Assembly (NCBI RefSeq): GCF_054482525.1
Contig: NZ_CM137006.1
DNA: 64,000 nt
Direction: 5' to 3' (one strand)
In this document: one piece after another, positions 23,676-35,501 of the stretch
Position numbering within the stretch: position 1 is the stretch's first letter
How the letters are laid out: every line of letters starts with the position of its first letter
Notes under the pieces: generated by a model
Databases searched by the model: none
The model's input: the letters and a program-made list of their open reading frames with translations, nothing else
Told to the model about the DNA's origin: nothing
Made by a program: the position numbers and the translations under genes

Positions 23676-24116
23676 ATGAAACACGGTTATTACGAAGCTC
23701 CAAACCTAACTGAAAAGCTTGAACAAGCGGCAAGATCATCATCTTTGCACACTGCAGCATTTTCTCAATCAGCTGGTATGTCTGGCGGTAATGTACCTAT
23801 GCTACAATCAAGTGGTAGCGGTGGCTCTGGGAGTAATAATGTGCTTGAATCGAAAGTTGCAAAGCTTGAGTCTGATGTGTCCTATATCCGACGTGACGTT
23901 GATGAGCTTAAGACAGATGTCAAATCTATCGACAGAAACATGATCGCTGTTCTGGAGCGACTCGATTCAATAAAAGATTCACTAGCCAAAAAACCCTCCA
24001 TCGATGCTGTCGATAGAAAGATTTCAGACGCAAAGCTTGCGGTATTGCTTGGTGTTCCAGCAATCATCGCTGCAGGAACAGGTCTTTATAAGCTATCAAT
24101 GTACTTTTTTCTTTAG
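23676..24116 (+). CDS. Hypothetical coiled-coil protein with C-terminal membrane anchor (146 aa)
   Basis: 8-bp gap after upstream gene; Gly/Ser-rich linker (SSGSGGSGSNN), charged heptad-like stretch, C-terminal hydrophobic helix LAVLLGVPAIIAAGTGLY; no family recognised. Confidence 0.5.
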   Translation: MKHGYYEAPNLTEKLEQAARSSSLHTAAFSQSAGMSGGNVPMLQSSGSGGSGSNNVLESKVAKLESDVSYIRRDVDELKTDVKSIDRNMIAVLERLDSIKDSLAKKPSIDAVDRKISDAKLAVLLGVPAIIAAGTGLYKLSMYFFL

Positions 24117-24191
24117 TGCTTAAGAAACTGCTCGCCACCTTGCATTACGCAAAGCGATTTTTCATTCCCTATTACCCTTTCTTATCCATAT

Positions 24192-24222
24192 AAACCCGGC
24201 CCCAGTGCCGGGTTTTCTTTTG
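24192..24222 (+). terminator. Intrinsic terminator closing the repressor-moron operon
   Basis: AACCCGGC-CCCAGT-GCCGGGTT followed by TTCTTTT. Confidence 0.65.
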
Positions 24223-24334
24223 CCTCCCCTCATCACACAAACCGTTCAAAAAACCACCACGACCTCGCTTCAGTTATCGCTATGCGATGCAAGTCACAAA
24301 ATAAATCCATCTTAAATACAACCAGTTATATCTA

Positions 24335-24390
24335 AAACAACCAATAAAACAACTTTTGTTGTTGACGATAAAACAACTATGGTTTTAAAT
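24335..24390. promoter_or_regulatory. Left operator/promoter region (OL/pL-like)
   Basis: AACAACCAAT, palindrome ACAACTTTTGTTGT and AACTATGGTT (same motif as the OR region); candidate -35 TTGACG, 17-bp spacer, -10 TTAAAT reading rightward. Confidence 0.45.
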
Positions 24391-24583
24391 GAATTCATCG
24401 CAACAACACAACGATACGGCAATCACCTGATTCACCGTTGCGATGACCGCTTAGATCCGCAGCTTGAATTTCAGCAGGCTCCGGGGAGTGCGAGGGGTGA
24501 AGCGGACGCGTGAACGTCGGTGTGACCAGCTGAAATCAACTCAACACTTCATACCTCAGTCGCTTCAACGAGGCGACTTAGTT

Positions 24584-24874
24584 ATGACAACCGGCGGCCA
24601 TCCACCGCCTGAATACGCGCAGAAGTCTCTATATGTTCAGCAGCCCAGCTTACGGGCAGGAGTTTTTATGGTTCATCAACATTACGGAACGCAGACCGTT
24701 AATCGAGGTGCGGTCATGCCAGGAATGCTGGTCAAACACAAAGATGGTACCTGGACTGCATCAGCTAATTTACGCGGACGGCTTTATCTGCATCGCGGCA
24801 TCGAGCGCACTTATACCCGTGACTTGCTCGTGGAAGTTTTTCTCGACGGGCGCGGCAACGGTCTGAATCACTAA
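24584..24874 (+). CDS. Hypothetical early-left protein (96 aa from first ATG)
   Basis: Only ORF between pL-like promoter and gam; track ORF starts at TTG 24464 with an Arg-rich stretch (GVKRTRERR) upstream of the first ATG; no similarity to lambda N, kil or cIII recognised. Confidence 0.35.
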   Translation: MTTGGHPPPEYAQKSLYVQQPSLRAGVFMVHQHYGTQTVNRGAVMPGMLVKHKDGTWTASANLRGRLYLHRGIERTYTRDLLVEVFLDGRGNGLNH

Positions 24875-24949
24875 TCCCCTTTCCTGTTTACCTAATCAGC
24901 CTGGCATTTCGCGGGCGATATTTTCACAGCCATTTTCAGGAGTTCAGCC

Positions 24950-25246
24950 ATGAACGCTTATTACATTCAGGATCGTCTTGAGGCTCAGAGCTGGGCGCGT
25001 CACTACCAGCAGATCGCCCATGAAGAGAAAGAGGCAGAACTGGCAGACGACATGGAAAAAGGCCTGCCCCAGCACCTGTTTGAATCGCTATGCATCGATC
25101 ATTTGCAACGCCACGGGGCCAGCAAAAAAGCCATTACCCGTGCGTTTGATGACGATGTTGAGTTTCAGGAGCGCATGGCAGAACACATCCGGTACATGGT
25201 TGAAACCATTGCTCACCACCAGGTTGATATTGATTCAGAGGTATAA
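24950..25246 (+). CDS. gam: Gam, RecBCD inhibitor (short form)
   Basis: 98 aa, [21 protein letters not shown]...; reads as lambda GamS; upstream in-frame stop prevents a long form. Confidence 0.9.
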   Translation: MNAYYIQDRLEAQSWARHYQQIAHEEKEAELADDMEKGLPQHLFESLCIDHLQRHGASKKAITRAFDDDVEFQERMAEHIRYMVETIAHHQVDIDSEV

Positions 25247-25251
25247 AACGG

Positions 25252-26037
25252 ATGAGTACAGCACTCGCAACGCTGGCTGGGAAGCTGGCTGAACGTGTCG
25301 GCATGGATTCTATCGACCCACAGGAACTGATCACCACTCTTCGCCAGACAGCATTTAAAGGCGATGCCAGCGATGCGCAGTTCATCGCATTGCTGATCGT
25401 CGCCAACCAATACGGCCTTAATCCGTGGACGAAAGAAATTTACGCCTTCCCTGATAAGCAGAACGGCATCGTTCCGGTGGTGGGCGTTGATGGCTGGTCC
25501 CGCATCATCAATGAAAACCAGCAGTTTGATGGCATGGACTTTGAGCAGGACAATGAATCCTGTACATGCCGGATTTACCGCAAAGACCGTAATCATCCGA
25601 TCTGCGTTACCGAGTGGATGGATGAATGCCGCCGCGAACCATTCAAAACCCGCGAAGGCAGAGAAATCACCGGACCGTGGCAGTCGCATCCCAAACGGAT
25701 GTTACGGCATAAAGCCATGATTCAGTGTGCCCGTCTGGCCTTCGGATTTGCGGGTATCTATGACAAGGATGAAGCCGAGCGCATTGTCGAAAATACCGCA
25801 TACACTGCAGAACGTCAGCCGGAACGCGACATCACTCCGGTTAACGATGAAACCATGCAGGAGATTAACACTCTGCTGATCGCCCTGGATAAAACATGGG
25901 ATGACGACTTATTGCCGCTCTGTTCCCAGATATTTCGCCGCGACATTCGCGCATCGTCAGAACTGACACAGGCCGAAGCAGTGAAAGCTCTTGGATTCCT
26001 GAAACAGAAAGCCACTGAGCAGAAGGTGGCAGCATGA
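25252..26037 (+). CDS. bet: Bet (Red-beta single-strand annealing protein)
   Basis: 261 aa, [46 protein letters not shown]..., reads as lambda Bet. Confidence 0.94.
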   Translation: MSTALATLAGKLAERVGMDSIDPQELITTLRQTAFKGDASDAQFIALLIVANQYGLNPWTKEIYAFPDKQNGIVPVVGVDGWSRIINENQQFDGMDFEQDNESCTCRIYRKDRNHPICVTEWMDECRREPFKTREGREITGPWQSHPKRMLRHKAMIQCARLAFGFAGIYDKDEAERIVENTAYTAERQPERDITPVNDETMQEINTLLIALDKTWDDDLLPLCSQIFRRDIRASSELTQAEAVKALGFLKQKATEQKVAA

Positions 26038-26714
26038 CACCAGACATTATCCTGCAGCGTACCGGGATCGACGTGAGAGCTGTCGAGCAGGGGGATGATG
26101 CGTGGCACAAATTACGGCTCGGCGTCATCACAGCTTCAGAAGTTCACAACGTGATAGCAAAACCCCGCTCCGGAAAGAACTGGCCTGACATGAAAATGTC
26201 CTACTTCCACACCCTGCTTGCCGAGGTTTGCACCGGTGTGGCTCCGGAAGTTAATGCTAAGGCGCTGGCCTGGGGAAAACAGTACGAGAACGACGCCAGA
26301 ACCCTGTTTGAATTCACTTCCGGCGTGAATGTTACTGAATCCCCGATCATCTATCGCGACGAAAGTATGCGCACCGCCTGCTCTCCCGATGGTTTATGCA
26401 GTGACGGCAATGGCCTTGAGCTGAAATGCCCGTTTACCTCCCGGGATTTCATGAAGTTCCGGCTCGGTGGTTTCAAGGCCATAAAGTCGGCTTACATGGC
26501 CCAGGTGCAGTACAGCATGTGGGTGACACGAAAAGATGCCTGGTACTTTGCCAACTATGACCCGCGTATGAAGCGTGAAGGACTGCATTATGTCGTGGTT
26601 GAGCGGGATGAAAAGTACATGGCGAGTTTTGACGAGATGGTGCCGGAGTTCATCGAAAAAATGGACGAGGCACTGGCTGAAATTGGTTTTGTATTTGGGG
26701 AGCAATGGCGATGA
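26034..26714 (+). CDS. exo: Exo (Red-alpha 5'-3' exonuclease)
   Basis: 226 aa, [40 protein letters not shown]..., reads as lambda Exo. Confidence 0.94.
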   Translation: MTPDIILQRTGIDVRAVEQGDDAWHKLRLGVITASEVHNVIAKPRSGKNWPDMKMSYFHTLLAEVCTGVAPEVNAKALAWGKQYENDARTLFEFTSGVNVTESPIIYRDESMRTACSPDGLCSDGNGLELKCPFTSRDFMKFRLGGFKAIKSAYMAQVQYSMWVTRKDAWYFANYDPRMKREGLHYVVVERDEKYMASFDEMVPEFIEKMDEALAEIGFVFGEQWR

Positions 26715-26893
26715 CGCATCCTCACGATAATATCCGGGTAGGCGCGATCACTTTCGTCTACTCCATTACAAAGCGAGGCTGGGTATTTCCCGGCCTTTCT
26801 GTTATCAGAAATCCACTGAAAGCACAGCGGCTGGCTGAGAAGATAAATAATAAACGGGAGGCGGTATGCACAAAGCATCTCCTGTTGAGTTAA
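26711..26893 (+). CDS. Lambda orf60a-like protein
   Basis: [46 protein letters not shown]... recalled as lambda orf60a. Confidence 0.65.
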   Translation: MTHPHDNIRVGAITFVYSITKRGWVFPGLSVIRNPLKAQRLAEKINNKREAVCTKHLLLS

Positions 26894-27057
26894 GAACGAG
26901 TATTGAGATGGCACATAGCCTTGCTCAAATTGGAGTCAGGTTTGTGCCAATACCAGTAGAAACAGACGAAGAATTTCATACGTTAGCCACATCCCTTTCA
27001 CAAAAGCTGGAAATGATGGTGGCGAAAGCAGAAGCAGATGAGAGAGACCAGGTATGA
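26866..27057 (+). CDS. Lambda orf63-like protein
   Basis: 63 aa ORF in the lambda exo-xis region; recalled as orf63. Confidence 0.6.
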   Translation: MHKASPVELRTSIEMAHSLAQIGVRFVPIPVETDEEFHTLATSLSQKLEMMVAKAEADERDQV

Positions 27058-27067
27058 CAACCACTGA

Positions 27068-27349
27068 ATGCATTTTTCTGGCAGCGGGCTTCATATTCTG
27101 TGTGCTTATGCTTGCCGGCATGGGGCTTGTTCAGTGACACCTCAGCAAGAAAACGCCCTTCGCAGCATTGCCCGTCAGGCTAATTCTGAAATCAAAAAAG
27201 CCAGACAGCAGTTTCCGGATAAAAACGTCGATGACATTTGCCGTAGCGTACTAAAGAAGCACCGCGAAACGGTAACGCTGATGGGATTCACACCGACTCA
27301 TTTAAGCCTGGCGATCGGCATGTTGAACGGCGTCTTTAAGGAACGATGA
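27068..27349 (+). CDS. Lambda orf61-like protein (start uncertain)
   Basis: C-terminal part (...SVTPQQENALRSIARQANSEIKKARQQ...) recalled as lambda exo-xis region orf61. Confidence 0.45.
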   Translation: MHFSGSGLHILCAYACRHGACSVTPQQENALRSIARQANSEIKKARQQFPDKNVDDICRSVLKKHRETVTLMGFTPTHLSLAIGMLNGVFKER

Positions 27350-27447
27350 ACATGAAAAGCAAAATCATCAGGGAGCTACAGGCTCCTTTTTTATTATTCG
27401 CATTTACCCTCAAGCGTATTAACCAACAATTCAGGGATTAATGAAAG

Positions 27448-27666
27448 ATGGCAGACATCATTGATTCAGCATCAGAAATCGAAGAATTACAGCGCAATAC
27501 AGCAATAAAAATGCGTCGTCTGAACTACCAGACTGTATCCGCAACTCATTGTTGTGAGTGTGGCGATCCGATAGATGAGCGAAGACGCCTGGCTGTTCAG
27601 GGTTGTCGGACTTGTGCAAGTTGCCAGGAGGAGATCGAACTTAAGAACAAACAATGGGGACTGTGA
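27448..27666 (+). CDS. TraR/DksA-family C4 zinc-finger protein
   Basis: 72 aa with CxxC-N17-CxxC (CCECGDPIDERRRLAVQGCRTCASCQ) and acidic N-terminal helix, typical of phage TraR-like RNA polymerase-binding proteins. Confidence 0.7.
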   Translation: MADIIDSASEIEELQRNTAIKMRRLNYQTVSATHCCECGDPIDERRRLAVQGCRTCASCQEEIELKNKQWGL

Positions 27667-27713
27667 TGGCCTCAAAGCAGCAAATTTCAACATCGTCCAA
27701 CTGAGGTGTAAAA

Positions 27714-27953
27714 ATGTTCAGAATCATTTTTCCTAACACCTGGTACGTCGACCATCACGGCACTCCCTGCAAAATCCTGCGTTCTACCCACAACAAAGTT
27801 CACTACATCCGAAAAGGCAGAACATGTATCGCCAGCATGTTCCGCTTTAATCATGACTTTGAACCTGTTAGTAAAGTGGAATCAGAGCGGATAGCCGAAG
27901 AGATCGATACAGCAGAACACATTAAGAAGTTACGCGCCATACGCAGGAAATAG
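27714..27953 (+). CDS. Hypothetical protein (79 aa)
   Basis: ORF with ATG start between the TraR-like gene and xis; no family recognised. Confidence 0.4.
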   Translation: MFRIIFPNTWYVDHHGTPCKILRSTHNKVHYIRKGRTCIASMFRFNHDFEPVSKVESERIAEEIDTAEHIKKLRAIRRK

Positions 27954-28092
27954 AAAAATTGATAAATTCAATACTGCATTTCTCAGCATTAAATTTATCT
28001 CTATGACCAGTCAAGAGATGTACCTGCCATGAGCTTAATATCATGTCAGATATATCGGTCACAAACTCCCTCAGCAGCTAAGAGGAGGACAA

Positions 28093-28329
28093 ATGTCTCG
28101 ACTAATCACTTTACAGGACTGGGCTAAAGAAGAATTTGGGGACTTAGCACCAAGTGAGCGAGTTCTGAAAAAATACGCGCAAGGGAAAATGATGGCCCCA
28201 CCCGCTATAAAAGTTGGTCGCTACTGGATGATTGACCGAAATTCCCGTTTTGTAGGAACGCTTGCAGAACCGCAACTCCCAATAAACGCAAACCCAAAAC
28301 TCCAACGGATAATCGCTGATGGCTGCTAG
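28093..28329 (+). CDS. xis: Excisionase (Xis-like)
   Basis: 78 aa; N-terminus MSRLITLQDW... parallels lambda Xis MYLTLQEW...; AGGAGG RBS; 3' end overlaps int start. Confidence 0.7.
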   Translation: MSRLITLQDWAKEEFGDLAPSERVLKKYAQGKMMAPPAIKVGRYWMIDRNSRFVGTLAEPQLPINANPKLQRIIADGC

Positions 28330-29461
28330 ACCCCGATCTCACAAAATCTCTATACCCAATTTATATTGCAAATTAGATAAGCGAACCGGAAAGGTATATT
28401 GGCAATACAAACATCCACTATCCGGTCGTTTTCATAGCTTAGGAACTGATGAGAATGAAGCAAAACAAGTTGCTACTGAAGCAAATACCATTATTGCTGA
28501 ACAACGTACCCGACAAATATTAAGCGTCAATGAGCGTCTAGAAAGAATGAAAGGCAGGCGCTCAGACATTACGGTGACAGAATGGCTTGATAAATATATT
28601 TCTATCCAGGAGGACAGGCTGCAACATAATGAACTAAAACCCAACTCCTATCGGCAAAAAGGTAAACCCATTCGTCTTTTCCGTGAGCATTGTGGAATGC
28701 AACACCTCAAGGATATTACCGCACTTGATATTGCCGAAATAATTGATGCTGTAAAGGCTGAAGGTCATAACAGGATGGCGCAAGTCGTGAGAATGGTGTT
28801 GATCGACGTCTTCAAAGAAGCACAACACGCAGGACATGTTCCGCCAGGATTTAACCCAGCGCAGGCAACAAAACAACCGCGAAATCGAGTAAACCGCCAA
28901 AGATTATCACTGCCCGAATGGCAGGCAATATTTGAAAGCATAAGCAGACGGCAGCCCTATTTAAAATGCGGCATGCTACTTGCTCTTGTTACTGGACAAC
29001 GTTTAGGCGATATCTGCAATTTGAAATTCTCTGATATATGGGACGACATGTTGCACATTACTCAGGAAAAAACCGGTTCAAAACTTGCTATTCCGCTTAG
29101 CCTGAAATGCGATGCTCTGAATATTACCCTTCGTGAAGTTATATCTCAGTGCAGGGATGCTGTTGTTAGTAAATATCTGGTCCATTACCGTCACACTACC
29201 TCTCAAGCAAACAGAGGAGACCAGGTTTCTGCAAATACTCTTACAACGGCTTTTAAAAAGGCCAGGGAAAAATGTGGCATAAAATGGGAGCCAGGAACTG
29301 CGCCCACATTTCATGAGCAGCGATCTCTGTCAGAACGGTTATATCGGGAACAGGGTCTGGATACGCAAAAGTTGTTAGGTCATAAATCCAGAAAAATGAC
29401 CGACCGATACAATGATGATCGTGGTAAAGACTGGATTATCGTAGATATCAAAACAGCATAG
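28319..29461 (+). CDS. int: Tyrosine integrase, lambda Int family
   Basis: 380 aa; motifs shared with lambda Int (RSHK near N-terminus, ...VTGQRLGDICNLKFSDI..., ...TFHEQRSLSERLY..., ...LLGHKS...RY.DDRG..W); adjacent to the attachment junction. Confidence 0.9.
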   Translation: MAARPRSHKISIPNLYCKLDKRTGKVYWQYKHPLSGRFHSLGTDENEAKQVATEANTIIAEQRTRQILSVNERLERMKGRRSDITVTEWLDKYISIQEDRLQHNELKPNSYRQKGKPIRLFREHCGMQHLKDITALDIAEIIDAVKAEGHNRMAQVVRMVLIDVFKEAQHAGHVPPGFNPAQATKQPRNRVNRQRLSLPEWQAIFESISRRQPYLKCGMLLALVTGQRLGDICNLKFSDIWDDMLHITQEKTGSKLAIPLSLKCDALNITLREVISQCRDAVVSKYLVHYRHTTSQANRGDQVSANTLTTAFKKAREKCGIKWEPGTAPTFHEQRSLSERLYREQGLDTQKLLGHKSRKMTDRYNDDRGKDWIIVDIKTA

Positions 29462-29471
29462 AAAATAGCCA

Positions 29472-29509
29472 GTTTTGGGGAAGGGTTTTGGGGAAAGTTT
29501 TGGGGAAGA
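29472..29509. repeat. Three tandem GTTTTGGGGAA(A/G) repeats, candidate arm-type Int binding sites of the att junction
   Basis: Direct repeats at 29472, 29485 and 29497 between the int stop and the icd terminator hairpin. Confidence 0.4.
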
Positions 29510-29528
29510 TTTTACATCATCATAAAAC

Positions 29529-29551
29529 AACGGGCGTGTTATACGCCCGTT
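29529..29551. terminator. Hairpin terminator shared by convergent int and icd
   Basis: ACGGGCG-TGTTATA-CGCCCGT with T-rich flank on the icd (minus) strand. Confidence 0.5.
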
Positions 29552-29574
29552 TCAATATTTAACACATGTAGTGA

Positions 29575-30825
29575 TTACATATTCTTGATGATCGCGTCAC
29601 CAAACTCTGAACATTTCAGCAGTTTAGCGCCTTCCATCAGACGTTCGAAGTCATAGGTTACAGTCTTGGCGTTGATCGCGCCTTCCATACCTTTAACAAT
29701 CAGGTCTGCGGCTTCAGTCCAGCCCATATGGCGCAGCATCATCTCAGCGGAGAGAATAATAGAGCCTGGGTTTACTTTGTCCTGACCGGCATATTTCGGC
29801 GCAGTACCGTGGGTGGCTTCAAACAGGGCGCATTCGTCACCGATGTTTGCGCCTGGGGCGATACCGATACCGCCGACCTGTGCAGCCAGAGCGTCAGAAA
29901 TGTAGTCACCGTTCAGGTTCATACAGGCGATAACATCATATTCAGCCGGACGCAGCAGAATCTGTTGCAGGAATGCATCAGCAATCACGTCTTTAATGAC
30001 GATCTCTTTGCCGGTATTCGGATTTTTAACTTTCAGCCACGGGCCGCCGTCGATCAGTTCACCGCCAAACTCTTCACGCGCCAGCTGGTAGCCCCAGTCT
30101 TTAAACGCGCCTTCGGTGAATTTCATGATGTTGCCTTTGTGAACCAGGGTCACAGAGTCACGATCGTTAGCAATTGCGTATTCGATCGCTGCACGAACCA
30201 GACGTTTGGTGCCTTCTTCAGAACACGGCTTAATACCGATGCCGCAATGTTCCGGGAAGCGAATTTTCTTCACACCCATCTCTTCACGCAGGAATTTAAT
30301 CACTTTCTCAGCGTCGGCAGAGTCTGCTTTCCATTCGATACCCGCATAAATGTCTTCCGAGTTTTCACGGAAGATAACCATATCGGTCAGTTCAGGGTGT
30401 TTAACCGGGCTTGGGGTGCCCTGGTAGTAACGTACCGGACGCAGGCAGATATAGAGATCCAGCTCCTGGCGCAGGGCAACGTTCAGAGAGCGAATACCGC
30501 CACCAACCGGAGTGGTCAGCGGGCCTTTGATGGCAACGCGATATTCACGAATCAGATCAAGGGTTTCAGCAGGTAGCCAGACATCCTGACCATAAACCTG
30601 TGTGGATTTTTCACCGGTGTAAATTTCCATCCAGGAGATTTTACGCTCGCCTTTATAGGCTTTCTCGACTGCAGCGTCGACCACTTTCAGCATGGCTGGG
30701 GTTACATCTACACCGATTCCATCACCTTCAATGTAAGGGATAATCGGATTTTCAGGAACGTTGAGTTTGCCGTTTTGCAGGGTGATCTTCTTGCCTTGTG
30801 CCGGAACAACTACTTTACTTTCCAT
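29575..30825 (-). CDS. icd: Isocitrate dehydrogenase (NADP), 3' end contributed by the prophage
   Basis: 416 aa, [38 protein letters not shown]..., ends ...FGDAIIKNM. Confidence 0.95.
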   Translation of the reverse strand: MESKVVVPAQGKKITLQNGKLNVPENPIIPYIEGDGIGVDVTPAMLKVVDAAVEKAYKGERKISWMEIYTGEKSTQVYGQDVWLPAETLDLIREYRVAIKGPLTTPVGGGIRSLNVALRQELDLYICLRPVRYYQGTPSPVKHPELTDMVIFRENSEDIYAGIEWKADSADAEKVIKFLREEMGVKKIRFPEHCGIGIKPCSEEGTKRLVRAAIEYAIANDRDSVTLVHKGNIMKFTEGAFKDWGYQLAREEFGGELIDGGPWLKVKNPNTGKEIVIKDVIADAFLQQILLRPAEYDVIACMNLNGDYISDALAAQVGGIGIAPGANIGDECALFEATHGTAPKYAGQDKVNPGSIILSAEMMLRHMGWTEAADLIVKGMEGAINAKTVTYDFERLMEGAKLLKCSEFGDAIIKNM

Positions 30826-30996
30826 TCACCTCTCCTTCGAGCGCTACTGGTTTGCTCGTCTGCCACCACGTTGCATATGCGTTTGCGTCCTGCGATACGG
30901 ATGCTTTAGAGCAATTTTTTGTTAATGATTTGTAATTGGCTTGTCAATACTACCCTATTGTTTGCCGTCATGAAAGATGCGCGTTATTAGGCTATA

Positions 30997-31650
30997 ATGC
31001 GGCAATTCATAATCTCTGAAAATACCATGCAAAAAACTTCTTTTAGAAATCACCAGGTTAAGCGATTCAGCTCGCAACGTTCTACCAGGCGTAAACCTGA
31101 AAACCAGCCCACGCGTGTGATCCTGTTCAATAAACCCTACGATGTTCTTCCGCAGTTCACCGATGAAGCCGGACGCAAAACATTAAAAGAATTCATCCCG
31201 GTTCAGGGCGTTTATGCGGCAGGTCGTCTCGACCGCGATAGCGAAGGGTTGCTGGTGCTGACCAATAACGGCGCGTTGCAGGCGCGTTTAACCCAGCCGG
31301 GTAAACGCACCGGAAAAATCTATTATGTGCAGGTGGAAGGTATTCCCACACAAGACGCACTTGAAGCCTTGCGCAATGGCGTAACCTTAAATGATGGCCC
31401 TACCCTGCCCGCAGGCGTAGAGCTGGTTGACGAACCCGCGTGGTTATGGCCGCGGAATCCACCAATTCGTGAACGCAAAAGTATTCCCACCAGCTGGCTG
31501 AAGATCACCTTATATGAAGGACGTAATCGCCAGGTGCGCCGCATGACCGCCCATGTTGGTTTCCCCACGCTGCGACTGATTCGCTATGCGATGGGTGATT
31601 ACTCTTTGGATAATCTTGCCAACGGCGAATGGCGAGAAGCGACAGATTAA
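30997..31650 (+). CDS. rluE: 23S rRNA pseudouridine synthase RluE
   Basis: 217 aa; recognised as RluE (YmfC) by sequence and synteny next to icd. Confidence 0.9.
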   Translation: MRQFIISENTMQKTSFRNHQVKRFSSQRSTRRKPENQPTRVILFNKPYDVLPQFTDEAGRKTLKEFIPVQGVYAAGRLDRDSEGLLVLTNNGALQARLTQPGKRTGKIYYVQVEGIPTQDALEALRNGVTLNDGPTLPAGVELVDEPAWLWPRNPPIRERKSIPTSWLKITLYEGRNRQVRRMTAHVGFPTLRLIRYAMGDYSLDNLANGEWREATD

Positions 31651-31659
31651 GGACGCAAA

Positions 31660-33281
<1,622 letters not shown>

Positions 33282-33316
33282 TTATTATCTTTACTTAAAA
33301 CAAGGAAGCAGTGAAC

Positions 33317-33958
33317 GTGGCAAAGAATTACTATGACATCACCCTCGCCCTGGCCGGTATTTGTCAGTCGGCACGCCTGGTGCAACAACTCGCTCACCAG
33401 GGGCATTGTGATGCCGATGCGCTACACGTCTCACTCAACAGCATTATCGATATGAACCCCAGCTCGACGCTGGCGGTTTTTGGCGGTAGCGAAGCCAACC
33501 TGCGCGTCGGGCTGGAAACCTTGCTCGGCGTGCTCAATGCCAGCAGTCGCCAGGGCTTAAACGCTGAGTTAACCCGCTACACACTCAGCCTGATGGTGCT
33601 TGAGCGCAAACTCTCCTCAGCGAAAGGTGCGCTCGACACTCTGGGCAACCGGATCAACGGCCTGCAACGTCAGCTCGAACACTTCGATTTACAGTCCGAA
33701 ACGCTGATGAGCGCGATGGCTGCTATCTATGTTGATGTGATTAGCCCGCTTGGCCCACGCATTCAGGTCACCGGTTCCCCTGCTGTACTGCAAAGTCCAC
33801 AGGTACAGGCGAAAGTCCGCGCTACCCTGCTGGCAGGCATTCGCGCCGCCGTGCTCTGGCACCAGGTCGGCGGCGGACGTCTGCAACTGATGTTTTCTCG
33901 TAATCGCCTGACCACTCAGGCAAAACAAATTCTTGCTCATTTAACCCCGGAGTTGTGA
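33317..33958 (+). CDS. hflD: High-frequency lysogenization protein HflD
   Basis: 213-aa product (V/M)[23 protein letters not shown]...; probable GTG start. Confidence 0.85.
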   Translation: MAKNYYDITLALAGICQSARLVQQLAHQGHCDADALHVSLNSIIDMNPSSTLAVFGGSEANLRVGLETLLGVLNASSRQGLNAELTRYTLSLMVLERKLSSAKGALDTLGNRINGLQRQLEHFDLQSETLMSAMAAIYVDVISPLGPRIQVTGSPAVLQSPQVQAKVRATLLAGIRAAVLWHQVGGGRLQLMFSRNRLTTQAKQILAHLTPEL

Positions 33959-35332
<1,374 letters not shown>

Positions 35333-35422
35333 GCCTCAAAACAGTGCCGGATGGCGATGCTGTCCGGCCTGCTTATTAAGATTATCCACTTTTTCTTTTT
35401 TCACTTTACCTCCCCTCCCCGC

Positions 35423-35439
35423 TGGTTTATTTAATGTTT
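35423..35439 (+). promoter_or_regulatory. PhoP box (GGTTTA-N5-TGTTTA) of the autoregulated phoPQ promoter
   Basis: GGTTTATTTAATGTTTA, a direct hexamer repeat with 5-bp spacer, about 65 bp upstream of the phoP start. Confidence 0.65.
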
Positions 35440-35501
35440 ACCCCCATAAACACATAATCGCGTTACACTATTTTAATAATTAAGACAGGGAGAAATAAAA
35501 A

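Noticed and set aside
24464-24583. TTG-initiated N-terminal extension with arginine-rich motif as the start of an N antiterminator
   Set aside because: The start codon is TTG with no convincing RBS, the first ATG is 40 codons downstream, and the downstream protein has no similarity to known N proteins. Kept as a hypothesis in findings, not annotated as N.
29472-29509. Three tandem GTTTTGGGGAA repeats considered as a possible CRISPR-like or minisatellite array
   Set aside because: Only three short copies with 1-2 bp between them, no spacers and no cas genes. Position between int and the att core fits integrase arm-type sites far better.
29728-30576. 282-aa ORF on the plus strand inside icd (similar long antisense ORFs lie inside mnmA 32529-33053, purB 33974-34474 and 34493-35101, and mfd 53037-53444 and 54156-54671)
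   Set aside because: Each lies entirely antisense to a well-recognised conserved gene; the translations are low-complexity and have no start context. These are shadow ORFs of GC-rich coding sequence.
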